A stretch of DNA of 64,000 bases from Oscillospiraceae bacterium (GTDB taxonomy: Bacteria > Bacillota > Clostridia > Oscillospirales > Ruminococcaceae): positions 36,151 to 100,150 of the forward strand of contig JAETSQ010000003.1 of the NCBI GenBank assembly GCA_021769525.1. Direction: 5' to 3'. The notes under the pieces are model-generated. The model had not been told where the DNA came from. It did no database searches and worked only from the letters and a program-made list of their open reading frames with translations. This document shows, one piece after another, positions 8,515 to 17,155 of this stretch. The position numbers were made by a program, and so were the translations under genes. Every line of letters begins with the position of its first letter. Position 1 is the first letter of the stretch.

Positions 8515-9266
8515 CAGTCTCGCTCCTTTCCGGGGAAGCGGCGGGCCAGGAAGGCCATCATACCCCGCTCCAGCAGTACCGAAAGGAGGATGATAAATCC
8601 CGTCCAGGCGAAGAGGTCCACCATTTCCAGGCCGGTTTTGGCGTCGTGGAGCCGCCGCCCGATGGAACCGGGGGCGATAGCCAGCACCTCTCCGGCGATC
8701 CCCGCCTTCCAGGCGAAGCCGAAGCCCACCCGCAGGGCGGAAAGGAGATGGGGGAGCACCGCCGGCAGATAGACCGCCCGCAGGATCGACCGGGGGGAGA
8801 GGCGGTAGACCTGGGCCATCTCCAGGAGCTGCCGGTCTGCCCCGGCGATGCCCTGGCTGACGTTCTGCCAGACCAGGGGCAGCACCATCAAAAAGGAGAT
8901 GAACACCGAGAGGTTCTCGCCCCGGAGCCACACCAGGACCAGGATGACAAAGGAGGCCACCGGCGTGGCCTTTACCGCTGCCATGGCGGGGGAAAAGAAG
9001 GCCCCCACCAGGGGGAAGCGGGCGGAGAGGACCGCCAGGAGGCCGCCCAGGAGCACCCCCAGAAGAAAGCCCAGAAGGATTCGCCCCAGGGAGTGGCCGC
9101 AGGTCAGCCAGAAGTCCCCCTCCCCCAGGAGGGCCAGCATCCGCCCCAGCACCGGCAGGGGGGCGGGAAGGAGCAGCTCCTCCCCCACCAGGAGGGCCGC
9201 CCCCTGCCACAGCAGCAGCCACAGGCCGGGGATCCAGGCCCGGCGGAGGATACGGGGGATGTCCAT
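8514..9266 (-). CDS. ABC transporter permease (SsuC/TauC type)
   Basis: Multi-TM protein with an EAA-like loop (LLEMAQVYRLS) and GFAWKAGIAGEV. Confidence 0.88.
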   Translation of the reverse strand: MDIPRILRRAWIPGLWLLLWQGAALLVGEELLLPAPLPVLGRMLALLGEGDFWLTCGHSLGRILLGFLLGVLLGGLLAVLSARFPLVGAFFSPAMAAVKATPVASFVILVLVWLRGENLSVFISFLMVLPLVWQNVSQGIAGADRQLLEMAQVYRLSPRSILRAVYLPAVLPHLLSALRVGFGFAWKAGIAGEVLAIAPGSIGRRLHDAKTGLEMVDLFAWTGFIILLSVLLERGMMAFLARRFPGKERD

Positions 9267-9300
9267 GGCGAGGCCTCCTTTCTTTTATCAAGCTCAGGGG

Positions 9301-9356
9301 TTGACAAGTTGTTCCCGATGTGGTATATTCATAACATAAAGTGCGAAATATACCAC
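9301..9356 (+). promoter_or_regulatory. sigma-A promoter with overlapping inverted-repeat operator
   Basis: TTGACA 9301-9306, 17 bp, TATATT. Perfect 10-bp IR gtggtatatt (9320-9329) / aatataccac (9347-9356). Confidence 0.65.
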
Positions 9357-9380
9357 GTATCGAAAGGGGAACGATTCCAA

Positions 9381-9749
9381 ATGGTGAAACAAAGAAAGCG
9401 AAAGATCAACTGCCTGGGGTTCCTGTCCCTGCTGTCCCTCATCGCGGTCCTTGGATGGACCACCGGCAACGAAGGGTTCTACGGCTTTTTCGGCTTTGCC
9501 TACTACCTGCGCTATTTCTGGGTCTTGCCGGATGAACTGTTCCGGCAGAACCTGCAAAAGGCCGCCACCTGCGCCTTTCTGACAGAGCTGCTGGCCCTGG
9601 TGCCCCTTATGTTCCTCTGCGCTGCCTTTTCCGACGGCCGGAGGGCTGTCCCTGCCGCCTTCGGTCTCAGCTTTGCCGCCGCTATCCTGGTCTTTACCAT
9701 CGCCCTGCTGGTGCTGGAATGGCGGGAGCAGAGGGGGGCGGAGCCGTGA
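9381..9749 (+). CDS. Small membrane protein, DUF3796-like
   Basis: [18 protein letters not shown]...[12 protein letters not shown]; about 4 TM segments; precedes an XRE gene. Confidence 0.7.
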   Translation: MVKQRKRKINCLGFLSLLSLIAVLGWTTGNEGFYGFFGFAYYLRYFWVLPDELFRQNLQKAATCAFLTELLALVPLMFLCAAFSDGRRAVPAAFGLSFAAAILVFTIALLVLEWREQRGAEP

Positions 9750-9949
9750 TTTATAACCGCATGAAGGAGCACCGGGCCCGGCTGGGGCTGAACCAGGAGG
9801 AGCTGGCAAGGCGGGTGGGGGTCCGGCGGGAGACCATCGGCAACCTGGAGAAGGGGAAATACAACCCCTCCCTGGTGCTGGCCTGGAACATCGCCCAGGT
9901 GTTCGGGGTGCCCATCGAGGAGGTCTTTACCGTAGAGAACGAGGAATAG
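9746..9949 (+). CDS. XRE-family helix-turn-helix transcriptional regulator
   Basis: GTG start overlapping the upstream stop. [29 protein letters not shown]. Confidence 0.9.
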   Translation: MIYNRMKEHRARLGLNQEELARRVGVRRETIGNLEKGKYNPSLVLAWNIAQVFGVPIEEVFTVENEE

Positions 9950-9957
9950 AGCGGGAA

Positions 9958-9990
9958 AAGCCGGGGACAGCGCGCCCCGGCCCTTTTTTA
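9958..9990. terminator. Bidirectional intrinsic terminator
   Basis: aaaagccgggg-acagcgcg-ccccggccctttttt between convergent genes. Confidence 0.65.
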
Positions 9991-11070
9991 TCCCAGGTAA
10001 TAGAGCCCGTCATCCGGCAGGGCGCCGCCTACCGAGGCGGGGTCGGCATCGTAGAGCACCTGCAAAAAGCCGGAGGCGGTCTTTTTCATCTCCTCCCCGG
10101 AGAGGAAGGTGATGCCGCACTGGGGCAGGGCGGCCTTGGCCACCGGCTCCTTGGGGAGGATGCCCGCCTTCACCACCAGGGCGGAGGCGGTATCCAGGTT
10201 CCGGGGGTCGGTGACAAAGTCCACCGAGGCCTCATATTCCGCCAGGAAGGCGGCAGCCGCGGCGGCGTTTTCCTCCAGGAAGGACCGCTGGGCGATGACG
10301 CAGCCCATGGTCAGCCCGCCGGCCCCTTTGGAGACCTTGTCCCACTCCTGGGTGAGGTCCAGGGCCACCCGCAGCTTGTCGTTCTGCATGAGGGCGGTGG
10401 TGACGAAGGGCTGAGGCAGCAGGGCGACGTCCGCCTGCCCCTGGCTGAGGAGGGCGGCCAGCTCGGCGTGCTCGGTCTTATACTCCACCGCCACCTGGTC
10501 CGCCAGGCCGTTCTCCGCCAGGACATAGTTCAGGGCGAACTCCGGGGTGGAGCCCTTGCCGGTGGAATAGACCGTCTTCCCCGCCAGGTCCCCGATGGAC
10601 CGGATGGTATCCCCGGCCTCCACCACGTAGAGGACCCCCAGGGTGTTGAGGGCCAGCAGCTGCACCTTCCCCTGGGTCTTGTTGTAGAGGGTGGCGGCCA
10701 GGTTGGTGGGCACCGCGGCGATGTCAAATTCCCCCTGGATGATGCTGCCCACGATCTCGTCCGGGGAGCCGGCCAGGGTGAACTCGTAGCCGTTGGCGGT
10801 GTTCCCCGCGGCGGCGTCCTCCATCAGCTTCACCATCCCCATGGCGGTGGGGCCCTTGAGAGCGGCCACCCGGAGGGTTTTGCCGGTCTTCTCCAGGGCC
10901 GCCGACGAGGAGGCGGTATCCGGAGGGCTTTCCGGCTGGGAGGAAGGGCTTTCCGGCGCCGGGGAGGCGGGGGGCAGGGTGGTGCCGGAGGTGGCAGGCG
11001 TCCCGCCGGAACATCCGGCCAGGGCCAGGATCAGGGTGAGGGCCAGGACAAGGGACATCAGCTTTTTCAT
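9988..11070 (-). CDS. ABC transporter substrate-binding lipoprotein (NitT/TauT family)
   Basis: ATG 11070 (MKKLMSLVL...LAGC lipobox). LKGPTAMGM, DIAAVPTNLA, GKGSTPEF, ALLPQPF. Confidence 0.85.
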   Translation of the reverse strand: MKKLMSLVLALTLILALAGCSGGTPATSGTTLPPASPAPESPSSQPESPPDTASSSAALEKTGKTLRVAALKGPTAMGMVKLMEDAAAGNTANGYEFTLAGSPDEIVGSIIQGEFDIAAVPTNLAATLYNKTQGKVQLLALNTLGVLYVVEAGDTIRSIGDLAGKTVYSTGKGSTPEFALNYVLAENGLADQVAVEYKTEHAELAALLSQGQADVALLPQPFVTTALMQNDKLRVALDLTQEWDKVSKGAGGLTMGCVIAQRSFLEENAAAAAAFLAEYEASVDFVTDPRNLDTASALVVKAGILPKEPVAKAALPQCGITFLSGEEMKKTASGFLQVLYDADPASVGGALPDDGLYYLG

Positions 11071-11121
11071 AAATTTCAGACTCCTTTTTTGTGGGGTGAC
11101 AAGACTTTCCCATATCATACG

Positions 11122-11775
11122 TCAGCAGAAATCGGCGCCGGGGCCCTCCGGCAGAAGGATGCGCTTCCCTTCCCGGCGGATGCGGCCCTCCGCCTCCAGG
11201 GCCTCCAGGGCCCGGTAGAGGGAGGCCCGGCCGATGTTCAGCGCCCTGGCCAGCTGGCTGTAGCCGCCGGCGATCTCCGCCGTGCCGTCCCGCTGGATGG
11301 CAAGCAGATGGCGGTAGAGGGTCTCCTGGGCGTTGGGGGCGGTGAAGCTGTCGATCTTCCGGTTCAAAAACCGGATGCGCTGGGACAGGAAGGCGATGTA
11401 GGCCACGGCGGCGGGGGGATGCCGGGCGAACAGGCCGGTGAGCCATTGGTCGGAGAGGAACACCAGCGCCGCGGAGGTCTTTGCCGCCACCGTGGTGACG
11501 TAATCCTCCGCCGGGCAGAAGATGGCCGCCGCCCCGAAGCACTGCCCCGGTCCCAGGGTGTTCAGCAGCAGCTCCTTCCCCTTGAGCACCGAGAGGTTCC
11601 CCTCCAGCACCACCCCCATGGCCCGCCGGAACTCCTGCCGGCTGTAGATCACCTGGCCGGGGTCGTACCGCTCCGCCGAAAGGCCGGCGGTGAGGGCCGC
11701 CAGCTCCTCCGGCGGAAGGTCTTGGAAAAGGAAGAACCGGGACAATAGGCGCAGGTGCGCAGGGGAAAGGGACAT
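11122..11775 (-). CDS. Crp/Fnr family transcriptional regulator
   Basis: cNMP-binding-like domain (LGPGQCFGAAAIF) and C-terminal HTH (SQLARALNIGRASLYRAL). Confidence 0.88.
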   Translation of the reverse strand: MSLSPAHLRLLSRFFLFQDLPPEELAALTAGLSAERYDPGQVIYSRQEFRRAMGVVLEGNLSVLKGKELLLNTLGPGQCFGAAAIFCPAEDYVTTVAAKTSAALVFLSDQWLTGLFARHPPAAVAYIAFLSQRIRFLNRKIDSFTAPNAQETLYRHLLAIQRDGTAEIAGGYSQLARALNIGRASLYRALEALEAEGRIRREGKRILLPEGPGADFC

Positions 11776-11932
11776 GGGGACCGCCTCATTTCTGTATTAT
11801 TTGAGACAGTTTTATTATAATCGGCCTGGGAGGAGCTGTCAAGGGGAAAGAAAAAGAAGCGGCCACTGGCCTTTTCCCAAGATCTGTAGTAAAATAAAGA
11901 CCGGCGGAGCTTTGGCCGCCGGAAGGGGGAGT

Positions 11933-12787
11933 ATGGATATGGCAAGGGGAAAACGCCTCCTGCCCTGGGGAGGGGCGGTGCTGGCCGCCCTGGCGCTGCC
12001 GGGGCTGTACAACGGCCTTACAGTCCGCCGGTATACGGTGCGCACCGGGCGCTTTACCGGCCCGCTCCGCATCGCCCTGGTCTCCGACCTCCACTGCTGC
12101 CGGCACGGACGGGGGGAGCGGCGGCTCATCGAGGCCATCCACCGGGAACAGCCGGACCTCCTGCTGATGGCCGGGGACATCTTTGACCACCGGCGGGATA
12201 TACGCAACGCGGACCTCTTCCTGCGGGGGGTGGCGGGGAAGTACCCCTGCTACTACGTCACCGGCAACCACGAATACTGGCACAAAGGGAAGGTTCTCCC
12301 CGGCGATATGGCGCTGCTGGCGATGCGCGGGGTGAAAAGGCTTTCCGGGGAGATGGAGACGGTGACGCTCCGTGGGCAGACCCTCAACCTCTGCGGTGTG
12401 GATGACCCGGACGCCTCCACCGTCCACCCCTTCTACAACGGCGGAGATTCCGGGAGCTTTTTGCAGCAGCTTGCCCGCCTGCGGGAGCAGTCCCGCAACG
12501 GGCACTACACCGTCCTGCTGTCCCACCGCCCGGAGTGGTTCCGCTTCTACGCCTACCATGGCTTTGACCTGGCCCTCTGTGGCCATGCCCACGGGGGCCA
12601 ATGGCGGATCCCCGGCCTGCTCAACGGCCTGTACGCCCCAGACCAGGGGCTCTTCCCCCCATACGCCGGGGGGAAATACCAAAGGGGCAGTACCACCATG
12701 ATCGTCGGCCGGGGGCTGGCGCGGGAAAACACCCGCGTCCCCCGCTTTTACGATCCCCCGGAGCTGGTGATGGTGGAGCTGATATAG
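11933..12787 (+). CDS. Metallophosphoesterase (YkuE-like)
   Basis: DLH, GDIFD, GNHE, LSHRPE and GHAHGGQW motifs; N-terminal TM. Confidence 0.9.
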   Translation: MDMARGKRLLPWGGAVLAALALPGLYNGLTVRRYTVRTGRFTGPLRIALVSDLHCCRHGRGERRLIEAIHREQPDLLLMAGDIFDHRRDIRNADLFLRGVAGKYPCYYVTGNHEYWHKGKVLPGDMALLAMRGVKRLSGEMETVTLRGQTLNLCGVDDPDASTVHPFYNGGDSGSFLQQLARLREQSRNGHYTVLLSHRPEWFRFYAYHGFDLALCGHAHGGQWRIPGLLNGLYAPDQGLFPPYAGGKYQRGSTTMIVGRGLARENTRVPRFYDPPELVMVELI

Positions 12788-12798
12788 AACGGGGGGAG

Positions 12799-13263
12799 AT
12801 GAGGATGGAGGAGCTGCTTGCCTGTGTTTTCCTCTACCGGGAGGGGCTGATGTCCGGAGCGGCCTGCCGGGAAAAGCTGGATCAGCTCTTCCTGGAAGAC
12901 CCGGAGGATGAGCTCCTGCTGGAGCTGGAATGGAACTTCCGGGATATGAAGGAGATGGCGGTCCGGGTCTGGGAATACTGGGGGGCCCACACGAACAGCT
13001 TTTCTAACGAGGTTTTCGGCCGTTTCCTCATGGCCCGCCTGAAGGAGCTCTACCAGCGGGAGGAGCTGAATATCCACAGCTTTGCCGGGCGGATGTACAG
13101 CCTGTGGGAGGGGCTTCCCCCCTGGCTCCAGGATGTTCAGCCCTTTTGGACCCTCAGCTACGCCGACGACCCCCTCTCCTGGGGGGATGAGGCCCAGACC
13201 AGGGAGATTTACCGGGGGATGCTGGATTACTACGAGAAAGAGGACCCCGCCCCCATGGAATGA
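12799..13263 (+). CDS. Conserved hypothetical protein (154 aa)
   Basis: SD gggggag, typical codon usage, ...PFWTLSYADDPLSWGDEAQTR.... Its TGA stop is the MITE TSD. Confidence 0.75.
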   Translation: MRMEELLACVFLYREGLMSGAACREKLDQLFLEDPEDELLLELEWNFRDMKEMAVRVWEYWGAHTNSFSNEVFGRFLMARLKELYQREELNIHSFAGRMYSLWEGLPPWLQDVQPFWTLSYADDPLSWGDEAQTREIYRGMLDYYEKEDPAPME

Positions 13264-13482
13264 GAAGCCGTACCAATAGCCGCCGCACCCGTCTTGGCGG
13301 CAAATTTCCCGTCTGACTTTATCCCAAAAACTTGAAAGCCATAAAGGATTTCGGCGTTTTTGGGACTTCGTCAGCCAAACTGCGCCCGCAGGCGCGTCCA
13401 TAGCGCAACCGCCGCAGGCGGCTTTTAGCGCGGAGGAAAATTTTCTCGCCAATCCGTACACTTCGGCTAATGGTACAACTTC
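13264..13482. mobile_element. MITE, subfamily A copy 1 (219 bp, includes a 57-bp insert)
   Basis: TIRs gaagccgtaccaatagccg / cggctaatggtacaacttc (16/19). TGA at 13261-13263 and 13483-13485. Near-identical to 62471-62632 apart from the insert. Confidence 0.85.
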
Positions 13483-13501
13483 TGAGAAAGGAGCCTTTAT
13501 C

Positions 13502-13702
13502 ATGGAAAAATTTGTCCCCTATGAAAAACTCTCCAAGCGGAAAAAGCGGGAGCTGAACGCCAAGGGGCGGAAGGGCTGGAACGGGCTGAACCCCGTCACC
13601 CGCAGGCCCCCGGACCCCAAGGCCTATGACCGCAGAAAAGCGCCCCGGTGGCAGGAGGAGCCGCCGGAGCGTTTTTTTGTTGGTGCAGGCCGGGCTAGAT
13701 GA
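13502..13702 (+). CDS. Small basic hypothetical protein (66 aa)
   Basis: SD gaaaggag; MEKFVPYEKLSKRKKRELNAKGRKGWNGLNPVTRRP. Confidence 0.7.
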   Translation: MEKFVPYEKLSKRKKRELNAKGRKGWNGLNPVTRRPPDPKAYDRRKAPRWQEEPPERFFVGAGRAR

Positions 13703-15443
13703 GCAGCCGCACCGTGATGATGCGATCCCAGGTGTTGCGGCCGATGATGCCGTCCGCCGGGAGGTCGAAGAGGTTCTGGAAGGCCACCACCGCCCGCCGT
13801 GTGGAAGGGCCGAAGATGCCGTCTATGGCCACGGAGGGGATGTCGTACCGCTGGCTGATGGTCTGCAAATACTCCTGCATCAGGCGGACGTTGTCCCCCC
13901 GGCTCCCCTCCCGCAGCAGCACGCCGGGGTAGGGGATCACCAGGCCGCTGGTATTGGCGATGCCCATAAAGATATCGTAAAGGCTGCTCCAGGTGGCGGG
14001 GCCGATGATGCCGTCCGGGGTGAGGCCGAATCGCTTCTGGAAGTCGATGACCGCGTTCTTGGTGGCGGGGCCGAAGATGCCGTCCGGCTGGATGGGGCGC
14101 ACCGAGTAGTAGTAGTTGGAGATGACCCGGAGGAAATACTGGGCCAGCCGCACGTAGGGCCCCCGGTCCCCCTGCCGGTAGACTCCGCCGGGGCGGGTCT
14201 CCGGCAGGGGCTCGCTTTCGCCCCCCAGCTCCGCCAGGCGGGTGACCGCCACATAGATGTTGGAGATGCGGTTCCAGGTGCCCCGGCCCACGATGCCGTC
14301 CTGGGTGAGGTTGAAGATCCGCTGGAAGGCCAGCACCGCCGCCCGCGTGTTGCTGCCAAAGATGCCGTCCACCGGGGAGATGGCCGGGAGGGCCGGGTAG
14401 TTGCGGCGGATGCGGTTCAGCTGCCGCTGGATGGTGCGCACCGCCGCACCCCGGCTCCCCATCTGGAGGGGGGAGCCGGGATAGGAGCTTTCGATATTGC
14501 GCACCTGGCGGGCCTGGACCAGCTCCACGTTCCCATAGTACCGCCGGAGGATGTTGATGGGGTAATACCCCGCCTCCGCCAGGGAGACGGTGCCCCATTG
14601 GGAGAGGCCGGCACAGGTGACGGTGGTGCCGTTGCAGTACTCGGCAAAGAGGGGATTTAACGCTCCGGGCCGCCGGATGTAGGTGGTGAAGATCTCGTCC
14701 ACGATGCGGCTGATGTTGGTGAAGATATTGCGGCCGGGAACGTAGTACTGGTCGTAGCCGGTGTGATTGGTGATGTTGAAGCTGTACCCCCGGCTGGGAT
14801 ACCATTCGGTAAAGACCCGGTTGAGAGCAAAGGAGATCTGGGCGTAGATGTTGGCCCGGATGGCGTTTTCCGGCCAGGTGGGGTAGATCTCGCTGCTGGC
14901 GACGTTTTTGATGTAATGGGCGAAGTCCACCGTCATGTTCCGGGCGGAGGAGTCGCTGGGGGCCCCCAGGTGGACGGTGATGTACCGGGGGATGTAGACG
15001 GTATCCAGCACCCGCCCGGCGGGGACGTCCTCCTCCGGGCCGATGGGCTGCTGGTCCGGGGTGGTGCGCAGGGCGTTGGGGGGGATCTCAAAGACCTCCC
15101 CAGGCTCCTGCTCCCGGTCCACCGGCTGGGGGTTCATCTCCAGGGGGACCACCGAATCCACCCCGGCAAAGACCTGGATGCCCCGGATGGTCACGGGGGA
15201 AAAGCCCTCCGCCAGCACCTGGGCATCGTACAGCCCGTAGGGGAGGGCCTGGGCTTCCGGGTCCAGGCTGAGCTCCTGGGGCGGGGCGCAGACCCGGAAG
15301 GGCGGGGTGCGCCCGGAGATATTGGTGGTAAAGGTGGTCCGCCGACCGGTGCGAGGATCGGTGAGGACTACAATGGCGCCCTGCACCGGTGTCGCCTCCC
15401 GGCCGGAATAAAGCTGGAAAACCAGCGAAGAGGATCGCTGCAT
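13695..15443 (-). CDS. sleC: SleC-like spore cortex-lytic enzyme with three peptidoglycan-binding domains
   Basis: ATG 15443 after SD aaggag. YIKNVASSEIYPTWP, LNRVFTEWY, GLSQWG (SleC/SpoIID-type catalytic region). Three 'V..FQ..F.L..DGI.G..TW' repeats. Confidence 0.8.
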   Translation of the reverse strand: MQRSSSLVFQLYSGREATPVQGAIVVLTDPRTGRRTTFTTNISGRTPPFRVCAPPQELSLDPEAQALPYGLYDAQVLAEGFSPVTIRGIQVFAGVDSVVPLEMNPQPVDREQEPGEVFEIPPNALRTTPDQQPIGPEEDVPAGRVLDTVYIPRYITVHLGAPSDSSARNMTVDFAHYIKNVASSEIYPTWPENAIRANIYAQISFALNRVFTEWYPSRGYSFNITNHTGYDQYYVPGRNIFTNISRIVDEIFTTYIRRPGALNPLFAEYCNGTTVTCAGLSQWGTVSLAEAGYYPINILRRYYGNVELVQARQVRNIESSYPGSPLQMGSRGAAVRTIQRQLNRIRRNYPALPAISPVDGIFGSNTRAAVLAFQRIFNLTQDGIVGRGTWNRISNIYVAVTRLAELGGESEPLPETRPGGVYRQGDRGPYVRLAQYFLRVISNYYYSVRPIQPDGIFGPATKNAVIDFQKRFGLTPDGIIGPATWSSLYDIFMGIANTSGLVIPYPGVLLREGSRGDNVRLMQEYLQTISQRYDIPSVAIDGIFGPSTRRAVVAFQNLFDLPADGIIGRNTWDRIITVRLLI

Positions 15444-15514
15444 GGTAACACTCCTTTCCCGGCCCCGGCAGGGGGGCCTTTCGTAACCGGTGATGGGGGC
15501 GGTTACTTTGTACC

Positions 15515-15541
15515 ATCCTATGCAGAAAATGCCGGTTTGGT
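15515..15541 (-). promoter_or_regulatory. Putative sigma-K promoter of sleC
   Basis: Minus strand reads AC-N17-CATAggAT, matching the sigma-K pattern AC-N16/17-CATA---T. Short motif, so weak. Confidence 0.4.
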
Positions 15542-15564
15542 AAAAATTCCACTCCCTGGGTGGG

Positions 15565-15593
15565 TTGCCATTTGACAAATTTTTCAGTATAAT
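15565..15593 (+). promoter_or_regulatory. sigma-A promoter
   Basis: TTGCCA, 17 bp, TATAAT. Confidence 0.6.
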
Positions 15594-15677
15594 AAAAGAA
15601 ATATCGAAATGTATGCAACAAAACAGGGGTTTTTATCGTACTATATAACAGAAAGCGGATGTGGAGGTACAAAACCT

Positions 15678-16949
15678 ATGAAGAAATTTCTCTCGGCAGT
15701 CCTGGCCATCGTGATGATGGCCTCTATGGCGGCCATGGCATTTGCGTTGGATTTTGAAACCGATAACGATGGAAACAAGGTCCTTCCCGGCCAGGAGCTG
15801 CGGATCTATACCGATAACTTTATAGACGAGAAGGACGGGGGCACCCCCGGCACCCTGGACCACGAGTACCACAGCATCTCCGCCAGCTGGAAGAGGGGCG
15901 CGAACTACATCGAGCGCACCTACTTTGAGGACGGGGACGGCTTCGTTCGGGTGCGCATCAAGCCGGGACTGAATCTCACCGCCGATGCGACCCTCACCGG
16001 CACCCTGAAGATCCGGGACCGGGGAGCCGACGAGGGCACCACCGTCTACACCCTGCGCATCGAGGAGGGGGATCTGTACATCACCTCGGTGGATAACGAG
16101 GAAAAATCCAATATGGTGCGCACCGGGGAGAAGGAGTTCAGCCTCCCCTATGACTACATGGAGAAAAAGGTCCGCTTCATCACCGATGACGAGGACGACC
16201 AGGAGCGGTACGGCACCTTCACCGCGGAGTTTAGCAACGGCTCCGGCACCGATGTGGCCAAGTATGTGGTGAAGGTGGTGGACCAGAGCCCCCTGTACCT
16301 GGGCTTTAACGAAAGCAGCAACGCCACCGTGGCGAAGAAATACCCCAATGCGGATCTGCGGTTCGTCAGCTGGAGCGCCGTCCCCACCTTCGACCTGGAG
16401 GGCAAGCTCTATATCTACATGAAACCCAGCGAGTACATCTACGGGATCGATAAGGACAACAATCTTTACCGCCTGGGGGGCAGCTACGACAGCAGCGAGG
16501 GCGCCTATGTCATCAAGACCAAGACCCTGGGCAGCTATATCGTCAGCGATACCCAGCTGGTGAACACCGGCAGTCAGACCTCCTCCGCGGCCCCGGTGTC
16601 CTCCTCCACCGCGCCGAAGCCCAGCAGCTCCACCCCACCCCCCGCCCCTTCCAGCTCCAGCGCGGCCCCCGCTCCCTCCAGCGACCCGGACACCGGCGGC
16701 GCGTCTGAGCCGGAACCCGAACCGGAGCCTGAGCCGGAGCCCGTCCCGGAGACCTCTTCCAGCCAGCCGGAACCGGAGAGCGAGCCCGCCGATACCGAGC
16801 CCGATGAGGAAAAGGGCGGCTTCCCCCTGGTGCCGGTGCTCATCGTGGCGCTGGTCATCGTGGCGGTGGTCTGCGGCGTCATCCTCATGGGCAACAAGGG
16901 CAGCCACGGCAAGGGCAAACGGAAACACTTTGACGATTGGGACGACTAA
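15678..16949 (+). CDS. Secreted, C-terminally membrane-anchored surface protein of unknown function
   Basis: Signal peptide MKKFLSAVLAIVMMASMAAMAFA, beta-rich body, S/P- and EP-repeat linker, C-terminal TM and charged tail. Confidence 0.85.
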   Translation: MKKFLSAVLAIVMMASMAAMAFALDFETDNDGNKVLPGQELRIYTDNFIDEKDGGTPGTLDHEYHSISASWKRGANYIERTYFEDGDGFVRVRIKPGLNLTADATLTGTLKIRDRGADEGTTVYTLRIEEGDLYITSVDNEEKSNMVRTGEKEFSLPYDYMEKKVRFITDDEDDQERYGTFTAEFSNGSGTDVAKYVVKVVDQSPLYLGFNESSNATVAKKYPNADLRFVSWSAVPTFDLEGKLYIYMKPSEYIYGIDKDNNLYRLGGSYDSSEGAYVIKTKTLGSYIVSDTQLVNTGSQTSSAAPVSSSTAPKPSSSTPPPAPSSSSAAPAPSSDPDTGGASEPEPEPEPEPEPVPETSSSQPEPESEPADTEPDEEKGGFPLVPVLIVALVIVAVVCGVILMGNKGSHGKGKRKHFDDWDD

Positions 16950-16976
16950 GTAAGCGGCATCCTTTCAGAGAGCAAC

Positions 16977-17005
16977 AAGGGCCCCCGCACAGCGGGGGCC
17001 CTTTT
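16977..17005 (+). terminator. Intrinsic terminator
   Basis: aagggcccccgc-aca-gcgggggccctt followed by tt. Confidence 0.75.
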
Positions 17006-17155
17006 CCGGCCGTAGGGAGGGATTAGTAAAGCGAGACGGCGGCAGTCCGGATCGGCAGAAACTTTTACCTTGCGAAACAGGGCGGAATATGCTAAACTAA
17101 GCCTGTATGATCGCCCGGCGGACCGCCGGAGCGGGACGAAAGGAGTGCGGCAAAA

